Counted from the stretch's first letter, positions 16,726-29,730 are shown. The stretch is DNA of 32,000 nucleotides from Synechococcus sp. A15-28 (GCF_014280175.1 NZ_CP047931.1:180001-212000), one strand, 5' to 3'. The notes: a model not told the origin generated them from the sequence alone. Numbers and translations: made by a program.

Positions 16726-18537
16726 ATGCAGAGCACAACCCTCAGTGATCTTTCGGTTCTGTTGAATCATTTGCCACGGCGGCGTCTGCGGTTGCTGGGG
16801 GTGGTTCTAGTGGCGTCTTTCCTTCAAGGCTTGCTCGATATGTTGTTGGTGGGTCTGATGGCTCGCATGGTTGGCTTGCTTGCGGGCGTGAAGCTGCAGG
16901 ATCAGATCCCGGGGGTTCGCGTGTTTGGTGGGTCGCTATTGGATCAAGCGGGCTGGCTGATTGGTCTGCTGATCGCCGCATTTTGGTTCACCTCCATCAT
17001 TCGTTTCGCTGTGTCGCTGATGCAGAGCATGCTCAGCGCTGAAATCTGGAACGATTTGGTGAACAGGGTGTATGCCAACTTGATGCTGCAACGCTATGCC
17101 TTTTTTACCGAAAATCGAACAGCAAATCTCTCGGAAAGTTTTAACCGAGTTTTGAATCGCATTTCGACGGCAGTGATCAGTCCTCTGATCACCATCGCTG
17201 GCAATTTATTGTCAGTTGTTGTTTTGCTTGTAGGCATCAACATCATTCTTGGCTGGAAAGCCCTGTTGATGTTCACCTTGATGTTGATGGCTTATGTATT
17301 GTCGTCCCGTTTGGTCACCCCTTATTTGCGTTTGGGAACCAAGCAGAGGGTTCGCTACACAAGACGAATTAACATGATTCTGATGGAATCCCTTCGCTCG
17401 ATGCGGGATGTCCAACTTTATTCAGCAGATCAATATTTCACATCTCGTTTTTCCCGCGATGGGGTGATCGCAAAGCGGTACGACCGTCTGACACGACTGC
17501 TTACTGATGTTCCGCGCTATGTGATCGAACCCGTTGCGGTCACCGTTCTCTTCGCCATTGGTGTGGGGCCTTCACTGATCGCTGGGGATATGGAAAGTGT
17601 TCGCGAGAGCTTGCCATTGATTTCAGTGATTCTTGTGACGCTGCTGCGGATTTCTGGTCCGCTTCAGTCCATGTTCCGCAGCGTGAACAAGTTGCGTGGT
17701 GGCTTGCCGGAGATCAAGGATGCTCTCGATCTGCTTCAGCTGAAGCCACAGCGTCTCACCTTGCAAAGCCCGGGTGTTCCATCTCCTAGTGGAGTTTTCC
17801 CCCGTCGTCTGATTCAGCTTGACAACGTCAGTTTCACCTACGCCGGCCGTGATCAGCCTGTGCTTGAGGGGATCAATCTTTCGATTGCTATTGGTTCGCG
17901 GATTGCGCTGGTGGGCCGCACGGGCAGTGGCAAAACAACCTTGGCCCACATCATCCTTGGTCTCTACACCCCAAGTTCTGGGGAGCTTTGCCTCGACGGG
18001 ATTCCCCTTACTGCAGAGGAGATGCCCGCATGGCAGGCCAATTGTGCCTTAGTTCCACAAGATATCCGTTTATTGGATACCAGTGTTCGCGAAAATATCG
18101 CCTTCGGTCAGTCCGCTGACGAAATTGATGATGACGAGGTTTGGAATGCACTTGCTGCGGCTCAATTTGATGACGTTGTGAGCCAGATGCCCTATGGGCT
18201 CTACACGATGATTGGTGAGAATGGTGTGAAGTTGTCAGGAGGACAGCGTCAACGTCTCTCCTTGGCTCGTGCTTTTTATCGGAAGGCAAGCGTCTTGATT
18301 TTGGATGAGGCGACAAGCGCGTTAGACAACAAAACGGAGTATGAGGTAATGCAGGCCCTCGATATCATTGGCCGCCGTTGCACCACGATCGTGATTGCCC
18401 ATCGGTTGTCGACGGTTCGTAAATGTGATCAGGTGTTTGAAGTAAGTCATGGACGCATAAAGGCATCCGGGAGTTTTGAAGATCTCGTCAAAACTTCAGA
18501 CAGTTTCCGTGAGATGAATCGATTGGAATCAACCTGA
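16726..18537 (+). CDS. ABC transporter, fused permease/ATPase (MsbA-like polysaccharide/lipid exporter)
   Basis: TM domain followed by Walker A GRTGSGKTTLAHIILGL, signature KLSGGQRQRLSLARAFYRKA, Walker B VLILDEATSALD, H-loop TIVIAHRLSTV. Confidence 0.95.
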   Translation: MQSTTLSDLSVLLNHLPRRRLRLLGVVLVASFLQGLLDMLLVGLMARMVGLLAGVKLQDQIPGVRVFGGSLLDQAGWLIGLLIAAFWFTSIIRFAVSLMQSMLSAEIWNDLVNRVYANLMLQRYAFFTENRTANLSESFNRVLNRISTAVISPLITIAGNLLSVVVLLVGINIILGWKALLMFTLMLMAYVLSSRLVTPYLRLGTKQRVRYTRRINMILMESLRSMRDVQLYSADQYFTSRFSRDGVIAKRYDRLTRLLTDVPRYVIEPVAVTVLFAIGVGPSLIAGDMESVRESLPLISVILVTLLRISGPLQSMFRSVNKLRGGLPEIKDALDLLQLKPQRLTLQSPGVPSPSGVFPRRLIQLDNVSFTYAGRDQPVLEGINLSIAIGSRIALVGRTGSGKTTLAHIILGLYTPSSGELCLDGIPLTAEEMPAWQANCALVPQDIRLLDTSVRENIAFGQSADEIDDDEVWNALAAAQFDDVVSQMPYGLYTMIGENGVKLSGGQRQRLSLARAFYRKASVLILDEATSALDNKTEYEVMQALDIIGRRCTTIVIAHRLSTVRKCDQVFEVSHGRIKASGSFEDLVKTSDSFREMNRLEST

Positions 18538-18543
18538 TCACCG

Positions 18544-20799
18544 ATGGCTGATTTCGTTGTTTTGGCAACGGCGGATTGGGACCACCGCCTGTGGACGAAC
18601 AAGCAGCACACCGCGCTTTCCCTGCACCGGGCTGGCCACCGCGTGCTGTACGTCGAGTCTCTTGGGTTGCGTCCCCCACGTGCTGATCGTCAGGACCGGC
18701 AGCGAATCGTCAAGCGTCTTAGGCGGATGTTCAACCCGCCGCGCCAGGTTGAGCCAGGCTTGTGGATCTGGTCACCGATGGTGATTCCCGGTGGGACACG
18801 CGGGATGTTGATGCGGATCAACCGGATGCTGCTCAGCGGCTCTCTGGCCTGGGTTCTCCGGCGTCTGCGTTTTCGCTCTCCACTGTTGTGGACTTACAAC
18901 CCGCTGACCGGTCGTTATCTCAACCTCAAACGACGTGCTGCAGCCTCAACGTCGTCCATGTTTTCCGCTGCCGTTTACCACTGCGTCGATCGCATCCATG
19001 CCCAGCCAGGCATGCCCGCGACCTTAATTGCTGACAGCGAGCGCCAGCTGTGTCGCACGGTGAACGTGGTGTTCACCACGTCTCCTGATCTTCAGGCGTC
19101 GTTGATGCGCCTGAATGCCAGCACTTACCACTACGGCAACGTTGCCGATCAGGCCCATTTCGCTGCCGCCCTGCATGCGCCCCGTGCCCCGGAGCCTCTG
19201 GCTGGCATCCCAAAGCCTCGCCTGATGTTTGTCGGCGCGATCGATTCCTACAAGCTTGATCTGCCCATGCTGGCGGCCCTGGCCCGTCAACGTTCGGAGT
19301 GGTCGTTCGTCATGCTGGGCCCTGTTGGCGAGGCGGATCCGGACACAAGCATTACGGCCCTCCAGGCCTTGCCAAATGTGCACGTCATGGGGCTGCAGCC
19401 CTATGACGATTTGCCGGCATGGCTCGCTCACGCCGATGTGGCTCTGCTGCCGCTGCAGGAGAACACCTACACGCAGCACATGTTCCCGATGAAATTCTTC
19501 GAATATCTGGCAGCGGGGCGACCTGTGGTTGCCACCCGAATTCCGGCGTTGCGCCCCTACGCCTCTGGAGCGTTGCTTTGCCCTCCGGATGCGGAGGCGT
19601 TCGATGCCGCTATCGCAATGGCATTGGAGGGTGATGGCCCACCTCTCCATCAGCGCTTGGCGTTGGCCGCTGAACACACTTACGAGAGCCGTACCCGCAA
19701 GATGCTGGCGGATCTGCAGCGGGAGGGATTGTTGGATGCGGCCTCAAGTGGTCGGTCGATGCTGCGGCCCCAAGCCCGGACCTGGCCGTTGCAGCGGCTG
19801 TTGATGCCGGCCCTGTTCCGCTCCGTGCGGTTGCGCAACCTTTGTGGGCGCTGCGAGGCCGGCCGGAAATTATTGGGCTGGATTGATGGGCAACATCCGG
19901 TTGAGCCGAGGGTGCTTGATGCACAGATTCCCCGCCTTATTCAGAAAGGAATGTATGCCGAGGCTTTAGTCCTGATGGAGCGGTCCTGGTTGGAGCTTGG
20001 TCGCAACAATCATTTGAGCCATTTGCTGTTTCGACGTGGTGCCAGGCCCAAGGCGCTGGAGGAGCAGATCGCTTTGTTTGAGACCCTGGGTTCCAGCACC
20101 CGCCTGCCCCTCAGCTACCGCGCCTACTGCAGGGTCGTTTGTGCTTACCGCGCTGCTGAAGCCAACGACCCCGAGCTGATGCGTGCTTCGCTCGCAGCGT
20201 TGGACGCAGTGGCAACAGGTCTGGAAAAAGATCCCAACACACCTTTGTGTCGCCAGGGGAATCGCTTCAACCGCGCCAAGCTGCTGATCTCCTGTTACGC
20301 CACCTCGCTGCGGCTTCATCTCACCCTGGCGGATCGCTCTGGTGCCGCTCGCCTTGGGCGGCGTGCGCTGCAGTTCTGTGCACGCCTCGATCTCAGCATG
20401 ATCGAAACCGATACCTCCTTCCGGCTCACACGGAATCTGATGCGCGTGCTGGCGATCAATGCTGTTGAGGCCTGGGCTTCAGCGGATGTCGCGCTCTACT
20501 GGCAGGCGAGGCAGGCGTTGCAAGCCGTTCATGACCATGCCCATCGACCGGAGCATGATGATCGCGAGGTGCAGGAAGACCACCGTGGCTTCGCCGTACA
20601 GGTGATGGAGCGTGTCGTCTTGATTGACCCCGCCCTCGCTGAAGTGGCCGTAAGGCTCAGGGCCACCGAAGATTTGATGCTCTTGCTGTTCCGCGCCAAG
20701 ATCGTCAACGATGCTTGGGGTGCCGAGCGGTTGCCGGGAGTTTTGCCTTGTTTTGAGGGCTTTCTTAAGCCTCACCCTGCAACGTCGAGCACGTCATGA
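18544..20799 (+). CDS. Glycosyltransferase (GT4-like) with ~350-aa uncharacterised C-terminal extension
   Basis: First ~400 aa: ALSLHRAGHRVLYVESLGLRPP, PRLMFVGAIDSYKLDLPMLAALARQR, ADVALLPLQENTYTQHMFPMKFFEYLAAGRPVVATRIPAL. The remainder is Leu/Ala/Arg-rich and helix-like with no family I recognise. Confidence 0.85.
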   Translation: MADFVVLATADWDHRLWTNKQHTALSLHRAGHRVLYVESLGLRPPRADRQDRQRIVKRLRRMFNPPRQVEPGLWIWSPMVIPGGTRGMLMRINRMLLSGSLAWVLRRLRFRSPLLWTYNPLTGRYLNLKRRAAASTSSMFSAAVYHCVDRIHAQPGMPATLIADSERQLCRTVNVVFTTSPDLQASLMRLNASTYHYGNVADQAHFAAALHAPRAPEPLAGIPKPRLMFVGAIDSYKLDLPMLAALARQRSEWSFVMLGPVGEADPDTSITALQALPNVHVMGLQPYDDLPAWLAHADVALLPLQENTYTQHMFPMKFFEYLAAGRPVVATRIPALRPYASGALLCPPDAEAFDAAIAMALEGDGPPLHQRLALAAEHTYESRTRKMLADLQREGLLDAASSGRSMLRPQARTWPLQRLLMPALFRSVRLRNLCGRCEAGRKLLGWIDGQHPVEPRVLDAQIPRLIQKGMYAEALVLMERSWLELGRNNHLSHLLFRRGARPKALEEQIALFETLGSSTRLPLSYRAYCRVVCAYRAAEANDPELMRASLAALDAVATGLEKDPNTPLCRQGNRFNRAKLLISCYATSLRLHLTLADRSGAARLGRRALQFCARLDLSMIETDTSFRLTRNLMRVLAINAVEAWASADVALYWQARQALQAVHDHAHRPEHDDREVQEDHRGFAVQVMERVVLIDPALAEVAVRLRATEDLMLLLFRAKIVNDAWGAERLPGVLPCFEGFLKPHPATSSTS

Positions 20800-21950
20800 C
20801 CCGCAGGGTCGTGCTCTATATCGATTCCCTCAAGACCGGTGGAGCCGAGCGCGTCACTCTTTTGCTTGCACGCTGGCTTGTGGAAACGGGCTGGCAGGCC
20901 ACGGTGCTCACCCGCCATGGTGCGTCCCGTGATTTTTATCCCGTCCCAGCAGGTGTTCAACGGGCTCTCGAACCCGCAGATCCGATTTGGTTAAGACGCT
21001 TCGGGCCGTTGGGTTTTCCCCTTCGCATCCTGCGGTTGCGCGCATGGTTGCGGCGCCATCAACCTGATCTGGTTCTTGGCATGACAACCCTGCCGGCGAT
21101 CAAGCTGCTGCTGGCGGTGCGGGGCCTGGCTTGTCCAGCCATCGTCTCGGAACGGAACTTCCCTCCTTTGAAGCGGCCGAGTTGGCCTTGGCGGTTGCTG
21201 CGGCGGCTCACTTACCCATGGGCCCAGCTGCATCTTGTCCAAACCGAGGCCACGGGGCACTGGCTGGCCCAGCATTTGAGGGCGCGCCCCCAACTCTGTC
21301 TGCCCAACCCCGTGGCCTGGCCTTTGCCCCGGTTTGCGCCTGACCCCGACCCCATCGCTTGGCTGGTCCGCCGGAATGTCGGGGCTGACCAGCAGGTGCT
21401 CCTGGCTGTGGGAACCAAATCCCATCAAAAGGGCTTTGACCGCTTGGTCGCGATGTTCGGCCTGTTGGTGCAGCGGCATCCCGCCGTGCATCTGGTGATC
21501 CTTGGCCTCGATCAGGAGCTCTATCACGGTGTTGACCAACAGGCTCAGTTGCGCCGATTGCTGCCGCAGGCATCCCACCGCTTGCACTTCCCCGGGCGGG
21601 TGGGAAATGTTCAGGATTGGTACGAGCGGGCCGATATGTTCCTGCTCCCTTCTCGCTATGAGGGTTTTCCCAACGTGCTGCTCGAAGCCATGGCCAGCGG
21701 CTGTTGTTGCGTCTCTTCCGACTGCCCCCAGGGCCCAGCCGAGTTGATCCGTGATGGCGTTGATGGTCGTTTGTTGGCGAACGGTGCCACCCCGGAGACC
21801 TGGGCTGAGCTGGTGTCGGAGCTGCTGGAGGACTCAGGCCAACGCCTGCGATTTGGAGATGCGGCTCTGGAGGTGCGTCAACGCTTTTCCGAGGAACGCT
21901 TGCGCCGTTGTTTCATGCACGGCGTGGCGCAGCTGGTGGGTGATGACTGA
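20796..21950 (+). CDS. Glycosyltransferase family 4 protein
   Basis: YIDSLKTGGAERVTLLLARWL, LLAVGTKSHQKGFDRLVAMFGLL, FPGRVGNVQDWYERADMFLLPSRYEGFPNVLLEAMASGCCCVSSDCPQGPAELI. Confidence 0.93.
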   Translation: MTRRVVLYIDSLKTGGAERVTLLLARWLVETGWQATVLTRHGASRDFYPVPAGVQRALEPADPIWLRRFGPLGFPLRILRLRAWLRRHQPDLVLGMTTLPAIKLLLAVRGLACPAIVSERNFPPLKRPSWPWRLLRRLTYPWAQLHLVQTEATGHWLAQHLRARPQLCLPNPVAWPLPRFAPDPDPIAWLVRRNVGADQQVLLAVGTKSHQKGFDRLVAMFGLLVQRHPAVHLVILGLDQELYHGVDQQAQLRRLLPQASHRLHFPGRVGNVQDWYERADMFLLPSRYEGFPNVLLEAMASGCCCVSSDCPQGPAELIRDGVDGRLLANGATPETWAELVSELLEDSGQRLRFGDAALEVRQRFSEERLRRCFMHGVAQLVGDD

Positions 21951-23202
21951 ATCAGTGTCGACTGCAGGCCGTGATGATCTGTGGCTCGTGTTGCCCCATC
22001 TCGGAGCGGGGGGCGCTCAGAAAGTGGCCTTGATTGCTGCCCGTCATTTTGCGGCGCAGGGCTTGAAGGTGAAGCTGGTGACGCTGATCCCGGGGCATCC
22101 TGTGGCCCATGCCCTCCCCGACGGGATTCCTTGGCTCGAACTGGGGGCGTCGACCCATCGCTCCTGGGGGGCCCGCGGCGGTCGTTTCGCCCTGGCGCAG
22201 CTTGACAAGCTGATCCGCTTGTTCTTTCAGCTGCAGTTGCGCTGGTTAGAGGGTTGGTTTCAAACCTGCGTCCATCCCGAGAGGCGGGGTTTGGCCATGC
22301 GGCTCTTTCATGTCGGCACCGAGGCGATGGCTGGCTTGCGTTTGCGCCAGTTGCGCCGGGAGTTCCGCCGTCAGCGGCCCCATCGGGTTTTGGCTCTGCT
22401 GACCCGCACCAACATCACCTGTTGTTGTGCTGCCTGGGATTTGCCGATCCACCTTGTTGTGTCGGAGCGCAACGACCCCTCGCTTCAGCTGCTGCCGGAG
22501 GTGTGGCAGCGCCTGCGGCCGCTTGCCTATCGCCGGGCCGATGTGGTGACCGCCAACACAGCCGGCGTTCTCTCGGCTTTGGACTCCATGGGGGCGTGGG
22601 AGCGGTTGGCCCTTCTGCCCAATCCGTTGCCCGGTGCCTCCAAGGCTGCGGCTCGCGGAGATCAATCGTGGGCCTCTGGCTTCATCAGTGTTGCCAGGTT
22701 GGTGCCCCAGAAAGGCCTTGATGTCTTGGTCGCTGCTCTGCCGAGGTTGAGCGGATCAGCAGCTGGATGGCCCGTCAACCTGGTGGGTGATGGGCCCGAG
22801 CGTGAGGCGTTGCAGCAACAGGCCAAGGATCTGGGGGTCTCCAGTCGGCTGCGCTTCCTGGGCTTTCGCTCGGATCCAGATCGGTTCCTGGCAGAGGCTG
22901 CCGTGTTTGTGCTCCCCTCCCGTTTTGAAGGCATGCCCAATGCTCTGCTGGAGGCCATGGCTGCCGGTCTGGCCGTGATCGTGACGGACGCATCTCCTGG
23001 CCCTCTGGAGGTGGTTGAGCCCGGGATCAGTGGATTGGTCGTTCCTAGTGATGATCCGGCCGCTCTAGCGGAAGCCATGCAGGCGCTGGTCTCGGATCCA
23101 GACCGCTGCCGTCGGATGGGGGCAGCGGCCAAGGCGCGAATTGCTGCGTTGGATTGGCCCCGGTTGGAACCGCTCTGGCGGTCGATCCTGGCGTTGTCAT
23201 GA
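21943..23202 (+). CDS. Glycosyltransferase family 4 protein
   Basis: LVLPHLGAGGAQKVALIAARHF, VARLVPQKGLDVLVAAL, AEAAVFVLPSRFEGMPNALLEAMAAGLAVIVTDASPGPLEVV. Start ATG at 21943 overlaps the previous stop; the track ORF start at 21751 lies inside the previous gene. Confidence 0.93.
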   Translation: MTESVSTAGRDDLWLVLPHLGAGGAQKVALIAARHFAAQGLKVKLVTLIPGHPVAHALPDGIPWLELGASTHRSWGARGGRFALAQLDKLIRLFFQLQLRWLEGWFQTCVHPERRGLAMRLFHVGTEAMAGLRLRQLRREFRRQRPHRVLALLTRTNITCCCAAWDLPIHLVVSERNDPSLQLLPEVWQRLRPLAYRRADVVTANTAGVLSALDSMGAWERLALLPNPLPGASKAAARGDQSWASGFISVARLVPQKGLDVLVAALPRLSGSAAGWPVNLVGDGPEREALQQQAKDLGVSSRLRFLGFRSDPDRFLAEAAVFVLPSRFEGMPNALLEAMAAGLAVIVTDASPGPLEVVEPGISGLVVPSDDPAALAEAMQALVSDPDRCRRMGAAAKARIAALDWPRLEPLWRSILALS

Positions 23203-24323
23203 CCGCTCGTGTCCTTGTATTGGCCCCGACCCGGCGGGCGCGGACGGAAACCTTTGTGCGCGCCAATCTGGCCCGCTTGCCCTTTGCGGTGGAGGCCTGT
23301 TTCGGGGATGAGATGCCTTGGCGCGAGCCCCTCAAAGCGCTCTATGGCTTGGCGGTGCTCACCAGCAAGGTCTGCACCCGCTTGGGCTGGCTCCGGCTGG
23401 CCACGCTGCCCACTTCAATCGTGGCCATGCTTTTGGTGAAACGCCACCGGCCGGATGTGGTGATGGTGGAGTTCGGTTTTCATGCCGTAAGGGTGATGGA
23501 GCTGGCTCGTCTTGGAGTTCCCCTGGCAGTTCACTTCCGCGGCGCCGATGCCTCAGCGGAGCGTTACCTGAAGCGCCTCGAGCAGCGCTACCGCCGTTTG
23601 TTTCAGCTCACCTCGGCTGTGATCGTCAAAAACCAAACGATGCGGAGCCGATTGATCTCCCTCGGAGCCCAGCCGGCACAGCTCGTGATCAGTCCATCCG
23701 GTGCCGATGAGCAGCGGTTTCAGGGGTCCATTCCCGCATCCATGCCTCCGCGGTTTCTGGCGGTGGGCCGCTTTGTGGCCAAAAAAGGTCCGCTGGACAC
23801 CCTGGAGGCTTTTGCTCTCTTGCAAGGCCTTACGGATCATGCTGATGCCTGCAGCCTGGTGATGGTGGGTGATGGCCCTCTCCTTTCCGTCGTGCAGGAA
23901 AGGGCTCATCAGCTGGGACTTGAGCATCTTGTTCAGTTCCCAGGTGTTCTTTCTCCGGATGCAGTGGTGCAGGAGATGAGGCGTGCACGGGTGTTTGTGC
24001 AGCATTCCCGCACAGCGGAAGATGGCGATGAGGAGGGATGCCCGGTCTCCGTGATGGAAGCTCAGCTTTGTGGTCTGCCCGTTGTGGCGACCCGTCATGG
24101 CGGGATTACTGAAGTGGTTGTGGATCAACAGACCGGAACGCTGGTGGAGGAAGGCGACCGTCGGGGGATGGCGGAGGCCATGGCCTTGCTGGCTGATCGT
24201 CCCGAACTTGCCGCTGCTTGGGGGGCTGCCGGTCAACGTCGGAGCCAGGCACGATTCACCGTGAAGCACCACGTGGATCAGATCACAATGCTGCTCAACG
24301 ATCTGGTGGACCACAGACGATGA
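23199..24323 (+). CDS. Glycosyltransferase family 4 protein
   Basis: VLVLAPTRRARTETFVRANLARLP, PLAVHFRGADAS, FLAVGRFVAKKGPLDTLEAFALL, FVQHSRTAEDGDEEGCPVSVMEAQLCGLPVVATRHGGI. ATG at 23199 (ATGA overlap) preferred over track start 23154. Confidence 0.92.
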   Translation: MTARVLVLAPTRRARTETFVRANLARLPFAVEACFGDEMPWREPLKALYGLAVLTSKVCTRLGWLRLATLPTSIVAMLLVKRHRPDVVMVEFGFHAVRVMELARLGVPLAVHFRGADASAERYLKRLEQRYRRLFQLTSAVIVKNQTMRSRLISLGAQPAQLVISPSGADEQRFQGSIPASMPPRFLAVGRFVAKKGPLDTLEAFALLQGLTDHADACSLVMVGDGPLLSVVQERAHQLGLEHLVQFPGVLSPDAVVQEMRRARVFVQHSRTAEDGDEEGCPVSVMEAQLCGLPVVATRHGGITEVVVDQQTGTLVEEGDRRGMAEAMALLADRPELAAAWGAAGQRRSQARFTVKHHVDQITMLLNDLVDHRR

Positions 24324-25174
24324 GCAGCCAACGCCTGAAGTTGCTGCTGATCCGTGGTCTCGGCCACAGCGGCACAACGATGCTGGATCTGGCTCTTGGG
24401 GCGCATCCGCAAATCATTGGCCTGGGTGAGGCGGCGCGAATTCTGGCGATGCCACAACCGGGGGACGAGCATCGCGGGCCCAGTCAACTTCGTGGTGCCC
24501 ACCGGTTTGAGCGGCGTTGCACCTGTGGGGTCGTTGCAGCGGAGTGCCCAATCTGGGGCCCTCAGCTTGAGTGGCTTCGCCTGCACGACCAAAGGCCGAT
24601 GCAGGAGAAAGTGCTGCGGCTGCTAAAGCGTTCCCCCCACGACGGCGGGGCCGTCTGGCATGTGGATTCGTACCAGGACGATCTGGAGATGACGCGGTTT
24701 CCCGAGACGATGTTTGACATCCGGATCATCCATCTCGTGCGCGATGTGCGCTCCTGGGTGCATTCCCGCGCCAGGGCCGGCCGCAAGTCCGGCCTCCGCT
24801 GGCCTGCCATGCGTCAGCTGGCGCGTTGGTGGCGTGTCAATGCCAAGTTCGAACGGTCTTTCCGGCAGTCTCCTTACCCGGTGTTTCATCTGGGTTATGA
24901 GGAATTTGCGCTTCAACCCCAGCGCAGTTTGGAGTTGCTCTCCACCTGGCTGTCCATCGATTTTCAGGATTCGATGCTGGCTCCCGGCCAGAACAGCAGC
25001 AGCCACATCCTTGCGGGCAATCGGGTGCGTTTTGATCTGGAGCGCAGTCGAAGAATTGCCTACGACGGCGCCTGGTTGGGTGTGCCGGCACCCACGGCTG
25101 CGCATCTCGGCTTGCTTTTGCCCAACGTGGCTCGCATGAACCGCCGCTTGGTGTATTCCAACGGTTTGCTTTAA
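24320..25174 (+). CDS. Sulfotransferase-family protein (type A)
   Basis: LLLIRGLGHSGTTMLDLALGAHPQIIGLGEAARI (PAPS-binding-type loop), IRIIHLVRDVRSWVHSRAR, FHLGYEEFALQPQRSLELLSTWL. ATG at 24320 (ATGA overlap) preferred over track start 24218. Confidence 0.85.
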   Translation: MSSQRLKLLLIRGLGHSGTTMLDLALGAHPQIIGLGEAARILAMPQPGDEHRGPSQLRGAHRFERRCTCGVVAAECPIWGPQLEWLRLHDQRPMQEKVLRLLKRSPHDGGAVWHVDSYQDDLEMTRFPETMFDIRIIHLVRDVRSWVHSRARAGRKSGLRWPAMRQLARWWRVNAKFERSFRQSPYPVFHLGYEEFALQPQRSLELLSTWLSIDFQDSMLAPGQNSSSHILAGNRVRFDLERSRRIAYDGAWLGVPAPTAAHLGLLLPNVARMNRRLVYSNGLL

Positions 25175-25196
25175 CGGGCTGCTCCGGTGGGTCGCC

Positions 25197-26027
25197 TCAG
25201 GCGTCTCCCCAGGTCATCGCGGTGCCCCAGTGCTGCTCAACACCGAGATCCGGACACCGTTCCTGGACCGCTTTCACCAACGGGGTGAAGTGCTGGCCAA
25301 GACGCCGCAACACCTCCGTTGGAACAGCGGTGGTGGCCTGACTGGCATTCACCCTGTGGCTCAGTTCAGGGATCTGCTCTGGGATGCACAGGCAACGGCA
25401 CAAGGCACAGTGATTCGCTGCCGTAAACAAGGTTTCGTAGAGGCCGATGAACACGTCGGAGGCTGCAAGACCTGTCCGGAGTGCATCGAGGGTCGCGGGG
25501 TAATCGCTTCGGGGAGATTCACGTTTGAGCAGCTTGAGGCTGGCCTTGCTCAGATGTTCGATTTCATGCTCGGGCTGGAGCAGGCCACGCTTGCGCAGTT
25601 GCATGCGTTGCTGCGACAGGAACCGTTCCACCGGGTCGCGCATGATGAACACTGCTCGCATCTGCACGCCACGTTCCTGGAAGGCGTCTTTGATGCGCCT
25701 GAAGCTTTGCGCGCTTAACCCGGCATAGGACGGGGTGATGTCCCCCGTGAGTCGGATATGGGGTGGCTTGAGCCGTGATGCGAAGTAGTCGAAGTAGCGC
25801 TCGGGTTGTTCCATGAACCGCGCCCGCCGCCAAGTGCGCCACTTCAATGGTGTGGGGTTCTTGGGCCGGAAGGAGGAACAGTGTTCCAGCTCCAGAGCAT
25901 CGAAAACGTGGTACTCCTTTAAGAAGCCGAAATCAGCATCCTTCCTGCGGTTCAGTTGATCGTGCAGCCAGGAGGTTCCTGCTTTCTGGGCGCCAACGCC
26001 GAGCAGAAAGGTTGCGTCAGAGGCCAA
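25197..26027 (-). CDS. Sulfotransferase-family protein (type B)
   Basis: FLLGVGAQKAGTSWLHDQLNRRKDADFGFLKEYHVFD, GDITPSYAGLSAQSFRRI, MRAVFIMRDPVERFLSQQRMQLRKRG; TTG start at 26027. Confidence 0.85.
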   Translation of the reverse strand: MASDATFLLGVGAQKAGTSWLHDQLNRRKDADFGFLKEYHVFDALELEHCSSFRPKNPTPLKWRTWRRARFMEQPERYFDYFASRLKPPHIRLTGDITPSYAGLSAQSFRRIKDAFQERGVQMRAVFIMRDPVERFLSQQRMQLRKRGLLQPEHEIEHLSKASLKLLKRESPRSDYPATLDALRTGLAASDVFIGLYETLFTAANHCALCRCLCIPEQIPELSHRVNASQATTAVPTEVLRRLGQHFTPLVKAVQERCPDLGVEQHWGTAMTWGDA

Positions 26028-26051
26028 GAGGTTTTGCCGAGAAAAACTGCA

Positions 26052-29359
<3,308 letters not shown>

Positions 29360-29367
<8 letters not shown>

Positions 29368-29730
29368 GCCAGGACTGCTGTTGATTCGGGGCCTCGGTCA
29401 CAGCGGCAGCACCATCCTTGATCTGGCGTTGGGGGCCCATCCCCAGGTGGTGGGCCTAGGTGAGGTGGCGCATCAATCGCCGCTGGGAGCAACGCTCGAA
29501 CCATTTCGGCTGTGCGTTGTTCCGGCTTGGCTACGAGGAGTTGGCCCTGGCTCCTGAGCAAATCCTGAGGCAGCTCTGCTCATGGCTTGAGGTTGATTTC
29601 GATCAGACGATGCTGCAGCCGGGCTGAACTCCAGCAGCCACATCGTCAGTTGACCCCCTCCGTGGCCCAACCGAACCGTCGCCTGGTGTACGGCAATGGG
29701 TTGCTTGGTGACACGTGGCCCTGCGTCTAG
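29360..29730 (+). pseudogene. Decayed remnant of type A sulfotransferase (paralogue of 24320-25174) with internal deletions and frameshifts
   Basis: Four collinear blocks in shifting frames: LLLIRGLGHSGSTILDLALGAHPQVVGLGEVA; INRRWEQRSNHFGCALFRLGYEELALAPEQILRQLCSWLEVDFDQTMLQPG; NSSSHIV; VAQPNRRLVYGNGLL. These match LLLIRGLGHSGTTMLDLALGAHPQIIGLGEAA, VNAKFERSFRQSPYPVFHLGYEEFALQPQRSLELLSTWLSIDFQDSMLAPG, NSSSHIL and VARMNRRLVYSNGLL of the intact gene, in the same order. Confidence 0.92.

Noticed and set aside
24218-24319. N-terminal extension of the type A sulfotransferase in the ORF track
   Set aside because: It lies within the preceding GT coding sequence; ATG at 24320 gives a 4-bp ATGA overlap like neighbouring genes and directly precedes the conserved LLLIRGLGHSG motif.
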